Of a DNA stretch of 64,000 nucleotides, positions 29,501 through 39,269 are shown piece after piece; within the stretch, counting starts at the first letter, position 1; every line of letters starts with the position of its first letter. The translations under genes were made by a program, and so were the position numbers. Where the stretch lies: IMG/VR virus record IMGVR_UViG_3300010885_074529. One strand, given 5' to 3'. The notes beneath the pieces were generated by a model. It saw only the letters and a program-made list of their open reading frames with translations. It had not been told where the DNA came from and searched no databases. Source of the stretch: an uncultured virus (IMG/VR IMGVR_UViG_3300010885_074529) (Duplodnaviria > Heunggongvirae > Uroviricota > Caudoviricetes).

Positions 29501-29759
29501 AGGAACAACAGTGGACGTTACAGTCTACAAATATACAAAATTGGGGGCTACTATACAGGGACAAAGATTTGATTTACCGGAACATACTTTTGAAAGTATA
29601 GACCGAAATGGCAAAGAGGTAATAGTTGGCATCGACAACAATCAAGATACAGTATTAAGTTTGTCTAAACCTGAAGGAAATGATTTAAATGAATATGTAG
29701 GACAACAAGAAGAAGTATCTTTCAAGATTGATTATAAAAAGGAGAATGAAAATGAGTGA
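26595..29759 (+). CDS. Baseplate wedge/tail protein (gp7/P2 gpI-like) with a long extension
   Basis: LIPYLS.FFG...WR..IKRAIPLYKKKGT..GL and later TPFH; GAGGA RBS before TTG. Confidence 0.75.
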   Translation: MATLTINDNPSISDTIVFDIETPDVNNCFLSDPYKVDKITIYFVARDFASGNTNQYENVDYDTQKLKTAEESEAVACVSPTEANISAAKKARQIADDSRNINTFFYKEAIPVHIIGSEEYPAWLSTDTNNSFIDHTTVDSNGDPIYGRFTYTWNPMGMREGDYFICWSWTSIEATSSVSSHKRFSLSGDTQTTTSIPTHYTNPKKYMTLLERYLPEMFKALITPSDVTPDVLNRMNISLSKGFNVLEDLANQIVDLQDANSVHEFLIPYLSNFFGLKLKTDDPTKWRGQIKRAIPLYKKKGTLNGLYEALEHGGATLNKISQLWQVVSSYTWQESFFYDGQETSFTLSKLLTTKESNFGLWVRKENSPNWVELDKNYVEFNSVDGVTTMIWIGDSLHDSLLNSPLATNDEIRVLYKYQEIPNDQVEIESYIESLPLLDTRDETKQVYPPKNWNVRVIAMDDAMFDVIIPSRHPFHEDIIYGQIRTEFPYGENVYHMDEYNGSLRNSKNPCDIDKNFIDPCGACVSSSYNVDLEIEQISNDKILEVKEIIRENTPFHAVLHTLNVMGGFNEFVESPIENVEMLTNYYVRDFVLAGTAQPYFHRIMLDVENEGIKRNELATSSLIETYEGTAYNDNIVVFCPTVPLATSGVTSGDSFIDIKSPSANAGEYDVEALDSNTLALVDTITEPIGNIDSIFDGSALNSSAFVFDLNTKVYPISGTLCNIYQDNTYRIYDSGHDFFSMNIKTKKDVGSGNWTVSIDGQEYDLIDILPDGGMLLNYDSSLPSSNQNEISYILKDGFTQIISSIGSLKVNLRGRVEALGANVTPVSSIFSRKQCYQKIGSIEYLATGIVKDTVDQYYIEGYDQGGSNGVTVDLREKIEKNKVGYLSYRGLKLEISGNLETELEIQNGVNSSNNPVDNDNYKENFILSIKEQGSSEDPIFYWIYDIDGNNPSGFTTMTLSGATQYWTTAGTTVDVTVYKYTKLGATIQGQRFDLPEHTFESIDRNGKEVIVGIDNNQDTVLSLSKPEGNDLNEYVGQQEEVSFKIDYKKENENE

Positions 29760-30234
29760 CCGTTTAGAAGAAAGTTTAAAACCTATAGGCAGCGTTTATG
29801 GTGAAATAGAATATAAAGATGGAAAAAAAACTTACTTTGAACACAAAAACACTGTTTTGTCCAAAGGAAGACAAGCTCTAGCCTCTTCTTTAGCAAATAG
29901 TTTTACTGGAGATTATAGTTTTTACATTTCTCGAATGATATTTGGTGATGGCGGAACTTCTGGGGGCACAAAAAGAATTATAAACACCAATAGAACAGCT
30001 CTATATGGAGTTGCACGGGCCACAAAACCAGTAATGGCAACGATTGACGCTAACATGCCAACACAAGCCATTTTTACATCTGTTTTAACTTTCAGCGATG
30101 CGAATTCATCCACTCTTAATGAAATGGCATTAGTAATGTCGAATGATGATTTTTATAGCATGGTAACATTTCCAGATTTAAACAAAACAAGTGACATGCA
30201 AATAACATTTAATTGGAGATTAAGTTTTGTATGA
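29752..30234 (+). CDS. Baseplate/tail-collar fibre-like protein
   Basis: N.V...G; M.FGDGG; LNEMAL; NKT......FNW.L.F. Confidence 0.65.
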   Translation: MSDRLEESLKPIGSVYGEIEYKDGKKTYFEHKNTVLSKGRQALASSLANSFTGDYSFYISRMIFGDGGTSGGTKRIINTNRTALYGVARATKPVMATIDANMPTQAIFTSVLTFSDANSSTLNEMALVMSNDDFYSMVTFPDLNKTSDMQITFNWRLSFV

Positions 30235-30348
30235 AAAATCATTGGTTAGAAAAAATTAACAAAGAAAAAGAAAAAGAAACAGAAGAAGATGAGACAAAAA
30301 AAGAAGAATCTGAAAAGGTTTGGGAATTAGATTTATAAGGAGTTTATT

Positions 30349-31401
30349 GTGGCTGACTTAAGTAAAATATCCGTTCCGAAGTACACTGGAAATCAACCAT
30401 ATCATTGGGAGTACGATAATCTTCCTTTGAAAGCATTGGAAGATCGGGATGTTGCGATAAATAATGAAGTAAACAGTAATTCTTCTATATTGGTTTCATC
30501 TGCCGGCACCCAAGGCACCTTATCAAACAGATTAAATCAATCTATAGATGCAGATGGAAATTTAAAAGTTGCAGCTATAGATGAATCTCTCCACAATATT
30601 GCAAAACACACAGACGGAACAACAACAGTTAGTGACCTCACAGTTTATACTGATTTGGGCTATGATGTTGCCAACCCAGTTTCTTTTGTAAGAATGTTAG
30701 AAGCTGAAAGAGCAAAGCTCGCATTGATAGACTCTAATGCAAAAAATATTACTTTAGAAGTTCACACAGATACTGGGTCTTCTTCTTTTCCAGAAGCAAA
30801 TGCTATAGTGCAGCTAAAACCTTCGTCTTATATAGGGTGGCAAATAACCAACAATGAAGTAAGACCAATTCTCAATTTGTCGATGGAATTTGCACACAAG
30901 CATTATTATGATCAAGAGCCAGTTCCTCAGAATGCATTGCATTCAGATCATAAGAACTACTACACAACTTCTGTGCATACTCCTTTTATTGATGGCAGCC
31001 TAAGAGTTTATGTTAACGGAACTAGGCTTAACAGCAACGCCTTAGTTTTATATCCACCATCGCCGCCAAGGTGGTATATTTTCAGTGACTTGACATTAAA
31101 CAATCTCAAAGCAAGTTGGCTTCCAAACAAATTTACTGCTAATCCAGAGCTAGGCACATTCACTCTCGATTCAGCTTTGACAGAAGACGATGTAATCATG
31201 ATTGATTTTGATGTAGAAAGAAATCCCGGATGTGCTGACTCTTTGATCCCTATATGTCCTACTCCCACACCAACCCCAACACCAACACCAACCCCAACCC
31301 CTACTCCCACACCAACACGTACCCCTACTCCCACACCGACACGCACCCCTACTCCCACACCAACACGTACCCCTACTCCCACACCGACACCGACACCATG
31401 A
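30349..31401 (+). CDS. Putative virion protein with a C-terminal (Pro-Thr)n tail
   Basis: AAGGAG RBS before GTG; SLRVYVNG.RL module; terminal PT repeats. Confidence 0.75.
   Translation: MADLSKISVPKYTGNQPYHWEYDNLPLKALEDRDVAINNEVNSNSSILVSSAGTQGTLSNRLNQSIDADGNLKVAAIDESLHNIAKHTDGTTTVSDLTVYTDLGYDVANPVSFVRMLEAERAKLALIDSNAKNITLEVHTDTGSSSFPEANAIVQLKPSSYIGWQITNNEVRPILNLSMEFAHKHYYDQEPVPQNALHSDHKNYYTTSVHTPFIDGSLRVYVNGTRLNSNALVLYPPSPPRWYIFSDLTLNNLKASWLPNKFTANPELGTFTLDSALTEDDVIMIDFDVERNPGCADSLIPICPTPTPTPTPTPTPTPTPTPTRTPTPTPTRTPTPTPTRTPTPTPTPTP
31258..31398 (+). repeat. Coding (PT)n tandem repeat with a 24-bp unit acccctactcccacaccRacacgY
   Basis: Directly visible; encodes PTPTPT...RTPTPTPT to the stop codon. 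Confidence 0.95.
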
Positions 31402-31934
31402 AATTATATGAAAAAAAGAATCTAGATTATGGTTTTATAATTTTATGTTCTGATAGGAGCGTAAAATTACTGCAATCTACAGTCAACTCGATAAAAAACA
31501 GATATGTTGGATGCACCTACATATGTGCAACAGACGATTCTGCCAAACCTCGTGACATAAAAGAGATGAAAGACATATGTCCTACATTCAAAGGGAAAAA
31601 TACTTTCTCTTCTTTGATAAACGTTGGAATAAAGAATGCAAAATCGGAATGGAATTTTATTATATTCGCTGGGAGTACTGTTAGACAAAGACTAGATGAG
31701 ATATTCTTTGTCTTTATTGATAGCAATAAAGATGTTTTGTTTCCAATAGCCGAGAACAAGTTCGATTTTATAAATGGCACATTGAATGGATTGCTTATAA
31801 ACAAACAAACATTCAAAGAAGTTGGAGATATAGAAGAAACTGGGAGCTTAGAGTTTGTTAAAACTATATGGGCTTGCAAAGCCGTCGAAAAAGGCTGTAG
31901 ATTTAAAGCAGTGTCTGGTGCAAAGATATGCTAA
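31398..31934 (+). CDS. Degenerate GT-A (GT2-like) fold protein
   Basis: FIIL...L..TVNSI; N.GIKNAKSEWNFIIFAGS (no DxD); LLINKQTFKEVG. Confidence 0.5.
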   Translation: MKLYEKKNLDYGFIILCSDRSVKLLQSTVNSIKNRYVGCTYICATDDSAKPRDIKEMKDICPTFKGKNTFSSLINVGIKNAKSEWNFIIFAGSTVRQRLDEIFFVFIDSNKDVLFPIAENKFDFINGTLNGLLINKQTFKEVGDIEETGSLEFVKTIWACKAVEKGCRFKAVSGAKIC

Positions 31935-32446
31935 ACAAGTCCGTAAGAAAAATGCCATCTATCATCTGATGCATGTTTTCCATCTGTTACTTCTTGCAAA
32001 TATTCATATAAAGAATCCCAAGAACCAAAAAATGAGTTAGAAGGCAATGTGCCCCAAAGCCAAATTGGTGCATTTTCTTTTCCTTGTGGGCATACTATAA
32101 GGGTTGGTTTTTTTGCGTTATTGCTATTTATAATTTCGTGAATTGTTCCTGTGGTTGGAACTCTATATGGCATATATGCAATTAAAAGATCGCTTCTGTC
32201 AACCATTGCAAGATCTTTTCTTACAAAAGCCTTAGCCATATTTCTCATTTTTTCATAATCTTTTTCTTCTCTGGCTTGTTGTATAGCCGGTCCCCATTGA
32301 CCTTTAGGATCGCTAAAAGGATCGTAAACAGACAGACCGAATTGGTTTTTCAAAGCTTCTATGGGCTCTGTTCTCCAATTATGTGTGCCATCTCCAAACT
32401 CGATTGCACCAGATAAATATGCTGTTTTGTCTTTAAGATAATTCAT
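31931..32446 (-). CDS. Nucleoside 2-deoxyribosyltransferase-family protein
   Basis: AYLSGAIE, WR, VYDP, DLAMVDRSDLLIA and GTIHEI. Confidence 0.8.
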   Translation of the reverse strand: MNYLKDKTAYLSGAIEFGDGTHNWRTEPIEALKNQFGLSVYDPFSDPKGQWGPAIQQAREEKDYEKMRNMAKAFVRKDLAMVDRSDLLIAYMPYRVPTTGTIHEIINSNNAKKPTLIVCPQGKENAPIWLWGTLPSNSFFGSWDSLYEYLQEVTDGKHASDDRWHFSYGLV

Positions 32447-32514
32447 TTTTTTATAAAATCTTCTATGAAAACTCTAATAGTTAGTAGAGAATATTTTACA
32501 AAAAAGGAATTAAT

Positions 32515-33246
32515 ATGTCAAATCAAGAAATAGGATTGTCCGGAATTTCTTCTGGCGGTGAGGAGCCTAAGCAAATTTCTTTTAAACAAGAAATATCAGA
32601 TGTATTGCAAAATCAACCCTCAGAACGGCATAGTTTTTTTCAATTAAGATATTTTTTGATAGGGAAAGAGCCTACTAATCAGTCTAAAATGTGGCAGTGT
32701 TTGAGAGAATTAAAATCAAGAAAAGAATCTATTGATTCTTTAGAATTAGAATACGAAGAACAAAAAGACCGACTAGAATTACTAGGTATCGAGGAGTCTA
32801 TGCTAAACTTGTTTCAAAAAGAAGCACAAAACGAACTAGAAGAATTAAAAAGTAAAGAAACAAATATAAAGATAAAACAAATAAAAAGAAAAAAAACTGC
32901 TTTAATTTCCTCATTAGACTCGCTTATAAACAAAAAAAGATTTATAGAAGAGGAATCTCATTTCTTTTTAGAGATGTTCAAAACATTACAAAAGGTAGAG
33001 CCTTTACGTCCTTTTGATGATATAGAAGCTCAAAAAGAGTATTGGTCGGAGAAATTAACTCAGAAATTAAATCTTAAGATGTTAACAGGTGGACAACTAG
33101 ATACAGAATTAGTCGAGACAGTCATTGCCCTTCCAGATGAAATCGAACTTAAAAAACAGGTATTAAACACTCTAAGTGTGCGTCGTTCGCAAATGGTAAA
33201 AGCTATGGAACAGACTGTTACCGGCATAGATAAAAGCAAAGGATAA
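32515..33246 (+). CDS. Hypothetical coiled-coil protein
   Basis: 243-aa ORF with AAGGA RBS and a Glu/Lys-rich central helix. Confidence 0.7.
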   Translation: MSNQEIGLSGISSGGEEPKQISFKQEISDVLQNQPSERHSFFQLRYFLIGKEPTNQSKMWQCLRELKSRKESIDSLELEYEEQKDRLELLGIEESMLNLFQKEAQNELEELKSKETNIKIKQIKRKKTALISSLDSLINKKRFIEEESHFFLEMFKTLQKVEPLRPFDDIEAQKEYWSEKLTQKLNLKMLTGGQLDTELVETVIALPDEIELKKQVLNTLSVRRSQMVKAMEQTVTGIDKSKG

Positions 33247-33249
33247 TTA

Positions 33250-34554
33250 ATGGCCATTAGAATATCATCACAAGACGTAGGATATCAACTCGGACAGCTA
33301 TCATTATATCCAGTTGCATTAGATTCAAAAAACCAACTTTATACAGCAAAAAACAATGCAATAACTGCGTTGAAACACAGTTTGACGTATACAGGTAAAT
33401 ACATCATTGTAGATGATGCTACTGATTTTCCTGATAACGGCATATTGAGAATAGGTTCTCCGCCAGGAAAATATGGTCCATCCGAGAGTGTTTATTATGA
33501 GTCTAAACAAGGCAATACTTTTAAGGATATAATTAGAGGGTTTTCAGGCTCAAAACAAACTGTATGGCCTGCTGGAAGCGTTGTCTCTTGTGCTGTTTTT
33601 GCAGATCACCACAACTCTGTTAAAGATGCGATATTGCAAGTCGAAAACAATTTAGGCGTGGCTGTTGCTCCAGCAACCGGTTCTTTAAATGAAATATTAC
33701 GAAGTCAAGAAGCCAAATTTCTTGCTCCAAAAGCTCTTTTTAGAGCTTATCCAACAACTGGTGCACCGCTTACAACAGTTAGATTTCAAAATTTTAGCAC
33801 TGGGCCTGTGATACGGTATTTTTGGGATTTCGGAGATGGAACAACGTCTTCGGAAAAATCCCCTACACACACCTATCAAAAAGAAGGAATTTATTCAGTT
33901 CAGTTAAATATCATTACTTCTTTGGGGGCTCAAGGATATGCGACTAAATCAAATTATATAACAATCAGTCAAGATTCAAAAGAACCATTTATCTATGTAA
34001 TTCCATCTTCTGCCAAACCTTATAAATCAATAGAGACCGCAAAAGCTAATGGAGGAGCCGCCACAGTTTTTACTCTTGTAGATCAAACTGACGGTGATAT
34101 TACACAAAGATGGTGGAATTTAGATGGAGATGGAATAGAAGTAGATGGGATAAATGCGATAAGCACCAACGGCACTACAGTATTCTCAAGTTCAAGCGTT
34201 ACAAACATACCATCCACTAGCGTCTTATCTGCAGGCATGGTGGTGACCGGAGATGGCATTAAGGGTGGAACTACAGTTCAATCGATAGATTCTGACACTG
34301 CGATCACTTTAAATAAAACTGCTAGTATTAGCGGCACAGGCTCTCTTCAGTTCTTTTCAACATCTGCAAATTCTCATGTTGTTAATACTGTTTCAATTAC
34401 AAACCCAAATACACACACATTGAAGTTTATGTACAACAACTTATCAGCTTCTGAATACAATCCTTCTTTATTGATTCTTTTAGGTAGTCAAGTATTAAAG
34501 AAAGCTTATATTAATTCATCAAACAGTTTAGGATCAGGACTGGTGATTACATGA
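33250..34554 (+). CDS. PKD-domain virion protein (paralog 1)
   Basis: YFWDFGDGTTSSEKSPTHTY...G.YSV.L; shared N-domain with HHN. Confidence 0.8.
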   Translation: MAIRISSQDVGYQLGQLSLYPVALDSKNQLYTAKNNAITALKHSLTYTGKYIIVDDATDFPDNGILRIGSPPGKYGPSESVYYESKQGNTFKDIIRGFSGSKQTVWPAGSVVSCAVFADHHNSVKDAILQVENNLGVAVAPATGSLNEILRSQEAKFLAPKALFRAYPTTGAPLTTVRFQNFSTGPVIRYFWDFGDGTTSSEKSPTHTYQKEGIYSVQLNIITSLGAQGYATKSNYITISQDSKEPFIYVIPSSAKPYKSIETAKANGGAATVFTLVDQTDGDITQRWWNLDGDGIEVDGINAISTNGTTVFSSSSVTNIPSTSVLSAGMVVTGDGIKGGTTVQSIDSDTAITLNKTASISGTGSLQFFSTSANSHVVNTVSITNPNTHTLKFMYNNLSASEYNPSLLILLGSQVLKKAYINSSNSLGSGLVIT

Positions 34555-36845
34555 CAATACCCAAAACTACATATCCGGAAACAATAGATACGAATCAAAC
34601 GCTTTTTTATGTAAGCGACGGACTCAGGGTTAGATTATCAGAAGACTATAATCCCGGAGACACATCGATAACTGTGGTGGCTGAAGAGTCGGTGATGAGA
34701 AGCTTTAACTCCACGGGAATTATCACCCTCACAGAACAGTGTAGTGAGCCTGAATTTAGAGCTATTTCTTTTTATTATTCATCTAGAACTTTAACAACAT
34801 TTGATGGGCTAGAATTATTACCTGGTTTTGTAGATGTTTCAAAACTAAAAGACATAACAAATGTAACACAAAACATTATGTCTATACATCACAATAATTT
34901 AAAAGACGCTTTGATCAAAATAGAGAGATTCGCAGGTAAAAAAGGACAAGAAGCGACATATCCATTAACAGGCACAATGGAACAAAGAATAAATTATTTA
35001 AGGAATATTGTACTCAAACCTAAATCATGGTTTAAGGCAGATAAAAAAATCGGACTACAACCTTTCAAAGTCACCTTTACAGATCAAAGTTTTAGATTAG
35101 GAACAGATGGTTCTAGCAAAAATATTACACACACTTGGTATTTTAATTTACTCACAGAAGAAGAAAAAGGCACATTAACAGACACTGTTTTGTTGAATGA
35201 TACAACTTATTACTATGATCGATCTGAAACTAAGTCTTATGAGAGTCAAGACAACTTGAGAAGTAATGTTTCATTCGAATATGCAAACGCAGGTAATTAT
35301 CGAGTAGCTTTAAATGTAGAAAACGATTTTGGTTCAGATGCTGCTGTTTTTGATCAGTTTATAAATGTAAGGTACCCCGCACCAGACGAAGCGGTTGTTG
35401 TAGCGGTACTAAGAGGTAATCAGAAATATACAGAAGAGGGATCTCTAGACGGGTATCAATATACAACTCTTCCCATAATAAGAGCTCTAGTAAATACTTT
35501 GATTGATATAAAGATAAAAGATGATGATAATCCTGATCCAAGGGACAAAACGTGGGCCGGTGAAGCTGTCACTACACTTCATGTGCCTATAGATCAAATT
35601 AAGAATTATACTTGGGCTATTTCTGATGATTTATCTCATCCAAGCACTAGCTCAACTAGATGCTTGTTTGGCATCGGTGGTTATTATGATATGGTTTTAA
35701 GAACTGATACAGAATTTGGTTCTTATAGAATAACCACATATCCAAACATGTTTGATATCGTAGAAAGTGTTAATCTCTGGCTTTGGAACTATAGCGGAAA
35801 TCTATCGACAGGGACATCTAGTATAGCCTCGTATGAAATGGGATTAATAAGCGAGACATTTAAGAATTCAGGAGTTGCACAAAACATAAACATAGATAAT
35901 AGATTTTTATCAACAGATCAACAAAAAACAGAATTTGCAAAAAATAACGGAGCTATACAGCGTGGAACATCAACTTCTGGGAGTGGCGGAACAGCTTTGC
36001 TTTATTGGGCAAGTGGTCGAAACTCCGGCGATCCTTCATCTAATGAGAAGGTAAAGATGGTTGGATATAATGGGTTCGATAACACCTATTCGACAATAAT
36101 AACAGAAATAGATAGACCTTGGAACTGGGTGTCTTTTGCATCAAGTGAAAAAGTGTATTTTATATTAGGCGGCAATCTTTCAAACACTGCTAATACATCT
36201 TTGACCAATCAAACTAAAAGCGTACTAGGTTTGTCTACTATGGCGGTATCATCTGAAACTTTACAGTCTTCTAATTACAGAAACGGAGCAATCGAATTAC
36301 AGAGCAACATGGTGACATTTGATTTAAGCGGAAATCCAAATGAGGGCCATATGAGTGTTTATAGAACTGCGTGGCATAACGACACAGGATATATACTGAG
36401 GAATGATGCTGTTGGAGACTTCTTTAGAATTAGATCTTTCTACAAAACAAGCGGAAATACAAGCGAGCCTTTTGTAGACATTAAAAAACTCACAGATATG
36501 GGTGGATCGGCAAGAACTGAAGGTGAGTTGATATCTTTGAGCCAAGGAGTCTATTTTTTCAATAATTCGGGATCTGTTGTGGCGTATGGAGACTCTAGCA
36601 ACACTTGGACAACAAGTGGCCCAGGAATTAATTCTGCAGGCTATAGAGCCCTGCAGGACACTAGCGTGAGCACCTTTGCAAATACATCTAACACATTAAT
36701 TGCCACTTCAGATGGAGATAAAACAGCCTATTTGAGCTTTGATTATAGCACAAAAGGTTTTATAAAGTTCAGCGAAATAGATACTACGTTCAGTTATGTT
36801 TCTAATAGACCTGCTGGCAATCAGTGGCAGATGTATATTTTTTAA
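34551..36845 (+). CDS. PKD-like beta-rich virion protein (paralog 2)
   Basis: G..PF.VTFTDQS and Y.NAGNY.V.L.VEN.FG; shared N-domain. Confidence 0.75.
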   Translation: MTIPKTTYPETIDTNQTLFYVSDGLRVRLSEDYNPGDTSITVVAEESVMRSFNSTGIITLTEQCSEPEFRAISFYYSSRTLTTFDGLELLPGFVDVSKLKDITNVTQNIMSIHHNNLKDALIKIERFAGKKGQEATYPLTGTMEQRINYLRNIVLKPKSWFKADKKIGLQPFKVTFTDQSFRLGTDGSSKNITHTWYFNLLTEEEKGTLTDTVLLNDTTYYYDRSETKSYESQDNLRSNVSFEYANAGNYRVALNVENDFGSDAAVFDQFINVRYPAPDEAVVVAVLRGNQKYTEEGSLDGYQYTTLPIIRALVNTLIDIKIKDDDNPDPRDKTWAGEAVTTLHVPIDQIKNYTWAISDDLSHPSTSSTRCLFGIGGYYDMVLRTDTEFGSYRITTYPNMFDIVESVNLWLWNYSGNLSTGTSSIASYEMGLISETFKNSGVAQNINIDNRFLSTDQQKTEFAKNNGAIQRGTSTSGSGGTALLYWASGRNSGDPSSNEKVKMVGYNGFDNTYSTIITEIDRPWNWVSFASSEKVYFILGGNLSNTANTSLTNQTKSVLGLSTMAVSSETLQSSNYRNGAIELQSNMVTFDLSGNPNEGHMSVYRTAWHNDTGYILRNDAVGDFFRIRSFYKTSGNTSEPFVDIKKLTDMGGSARTEGELISLSQGVYFFNNSGSVVAYGDSSNTWTTSGPGINSAGYRALQDTSVSTFANTSNTLIATSDGDKTAYLSFDYSTKGFIKFSEIDTTFSYVSNRPAGNQWQMYIF

Positions 36846-36859
36846 AAATAAGGAAAAAA

Positions 36860-39265
36860 GTGGTTAATTTCTTTCCCCCAAAACCTGTTTACCCTAAAAA
36901 CTATGACGATGATAATACATTGTTTTTAGTGTACAATACAGCCGAAACAGTCACTACGGAATACAATCCGTTGTGGGCAGATGAAATATCAATAAAGCCC
37001 GTCGATAATGATATGCCAGAAGTCTGGGCAGATAATGGTTTTGCAAGTATAGAAGGCGAATTATTTTATTACGATAGTGTGGAAAAAACTTCTCATACGG
37101 GACAAGGGTTTGAAGCTGAAGTAGAAGTGGATTCACTAGGAACTATAACATCAATAATTGTATTAAATGGCGGATCTGGTTATTCAGCATATCCAAGTGT
37201 AAATGTTAAGGGTGGAGATTGGGCTAAAATTTCTGCAAAAGTTGTAGACGGAGAAATAATAAGTATAAATGTAATAGATGGAGGAGTTGGCTACTCTTCA
37301 GGAGTTGGTGTTTTTGTTTTTTACGGAAAAGTAACAAAATTTAAAAGGTGTGCAAGAAGTCTAGGAGGGAATAAAACAAGAAACAATCCGATAGGATCAG
37401 AAGTACGGGGATTTGTTATTGCAGAGCACCACAATCAAATTGTTGGTGCTGTTTTAAATATAGAAAATTTTATTGGAATAAACAATGATACCAGACAAGA
37501 GACTTTGGATTGGAGAATAAGACATCTACAAAGTTTGCCTACTGTATTTGATGATTTTACTTGTCCGGATATTTCTTTTGATTTTTATATAGTTAGTGAA
37601 AATGCAACAACAGGAATAGTGGCTCAATACAATATTATTGTTGCTGGTGCGTTCACAAACTATAGATTAGATTTTGGAGATGGTTCTTACACAACAACAT
37701 CTACTACTGGTACACATACTTATTCTACTAGCTCTACGATAGACCCTGTTGTCACTATAGGAAACACAAAATGCACTATAGTACAAAGCCCTATAACAAG
37801 AACAGTTCCTACCGAACCTACAAATCCAATAACTCCAACTACTTTTGAAATCCCAATACCGCAAATACCACGTATTCCTAATTTCAATATACCTACTATA
37901 CCTGTTCCACCAACGCCTTTAATACCGCCTATTGTTTTTCCGTGTTTAGACATAGGTCCAATTGGACCTATAAATATACCGTCAATAATACCGGTAGTTC
38001 CTGGCATTCCTTCAGAAATATTTTTTGGTCCTTTAGGAGGCATACCTTCGCTTATAGCCTTTAGCCCTATACCGCCTTTGCCATCTTTCATTACGTTTGG
38101 TCCAGTTCCAAATATTTATGTGGATGTACAGGTATGTTTGCCTACTATAATAAACTTTGGACCTGTTAACGTTCCTACTTTAGTTAATTTTGGACCGCTT
38201 AATATTCCAACTCTAATTAATTTTGGCCCATTACACATTCCGACTTTAATTAGCATAACAACACCAGTCATTCCAACTTTAATTAGTATCACAGCTCCGA
38301 ATATAAACATTCCTACTTTAATTAGCATTACAACACCAAGCATTCCAACTTTAATTAGTATAATAGTTCCTGAAATAGGCATACCAAACGAGATTGTTTT
38401 TGTTAATACACCAGGTCCAATGCCCGCTCAAATTACTTTTGCAAACACTCCAAATTTCGGTCCAATTCGGTTTGGTCCTGCTCCTACTTTTTCTAATATC
38501 AATATATCAGGAAATGTTACTTATAGCGGTCCTAGTGAAATAAATGGAACAGTCACATTTTCAGGGGCTCCTACTTTTAGCACAATAGAATTTGGACAGG
38601 CTCCCACCATCAATGTAACATGGTCAGCCCCACCTACTGTTTCCTGCACTGTTACTATTTCTTGTCCTTCTGGTGGGTCTGGTATGCGGAACAATAGAAG
38701 TGTTTTCGATCCAGAAGATTTGTCACCAGATGCAGTAGAAATCAACATGGGAGAATTCAGTATTCCTTCTGAGATTATAGTTAAATTCCCAGAAATACCT
38801 GATATTCGAGTAATTCATGACTTGCCTGCTATGATTCGAGTTTCTGCCCCAGATATTCCTGATATAAAAATACTATCTCCAGATGTGCCGATACCTACTG
38901 AAATACGATTGGTATCCGATTTGCCTAGCGTGATAGAATTAAAAGCAGACAATTTACCAAGATACATAGAAATTGATGCAACAAATTTACCTAAATCAAT
39001 TCCTATAGAGGTTCCGGAGTCGTTCCCATCGATTAAAATCGATGCTACAGGAATACCGTCACAAATACAGGTTGTTGGAATTCCATCTGTGATCGAGCTA
39101 GTGGGAGCTCCTTCAGAAATAAAATTAGTTCTTCCAGAAAAACCTGAAATAGAACTAGTTTATAAAGGTTCGCCTATTGATGTTAAAATCAATCTAGATA
39201 TTGGAAGAATAACTGGAGATGATGGCAACGCTCAGTGTGTAGCCATAGTTCCTTGTACAAGATAG
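36860..39265 (+). CDS. PKD-like virion protein with long Pro/Ile repeats (paralog 3)
   Basis: AAGGA RBS before GTG 36860; LDFGDG...THTY; IPTL(I/V)(N/S) repeats. Confidence 0.75.
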   Translation: MVNFFPPKPVYPKNYDDDNTLFLVYNTAETVTTEYNPLWADEISIKPVDNDMPEVWADNGFASIEGELFYYDSVEKTSHTGQGFEAEVEVDSLGTITSIIVLNGGSGYSAYPSVNVKGGDWAKISAKVVDGEIISINVIDGGVGYSSGVGVFVFYGKVTKFKRCARSLGGNKTRNNPIGSEVRGFVIAEHHNQIVGAVLNIENFIGINNDTRQETLDWRIRHLQSLPTVFDDFTCPDISFDFYIVSENATTGIVAQYNIIVAGAFTNYRLDFGDGSYTTTSTTGTHTYSTSSTIDPVVTIGNTKCTIVQSPITRTVPTEPTNPITPTTFEIPIPQIPRIPNFNIPTIPVPPTPLIPPIVFPCLDIGPIGPINIPSIIPVVPGIPSEIFFGPLGGIPSLIAFSPIPPLPSFITFGPVPNIYVDVQVCLPTIINFGPVNVPTLVNFGPLNIPTLINFGPLHIPTLISITTPVIPTLISITAPNINIPTLISITTPSIPTLISIIVPEIGIPNEIVFVNTPGPMPAQITFANTPNFGPIRFGPAPTFSNINISGNVTYSGPSEINGTVTFSGAPTFSTIEFGQAPTINVTWSAPPTVSCTVTISCPSGGSGMRNNRSVFDPEDLSPDAVEINMGEFSIPSEIIVKFPEIPDIRVIHDLPAMIRVSAPDIPDIKILSPDVPIPTEIRLVSDLPSVIELKADNLPRYIEIDATNLPKSIPIEVPESFPSIKIDATGIPSQIQVVGIPSVIELVGAPSEIKLVLPEKPEIELVYKGSPIDVKINLDIGRITGDDGNAQCVAIVPCTR

Positions 39266-39269
39266 CAAA

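Noticed and set aside
31008..31382. (GV)n antisense ORF
   Set aside because: Simply the reverse complement of the PT repeat.
31258..31398. CRISPR-like array
   Set aside because: Units are contiguous with no unique spacers and encode in-frame PT repeats; no cas genes seen.
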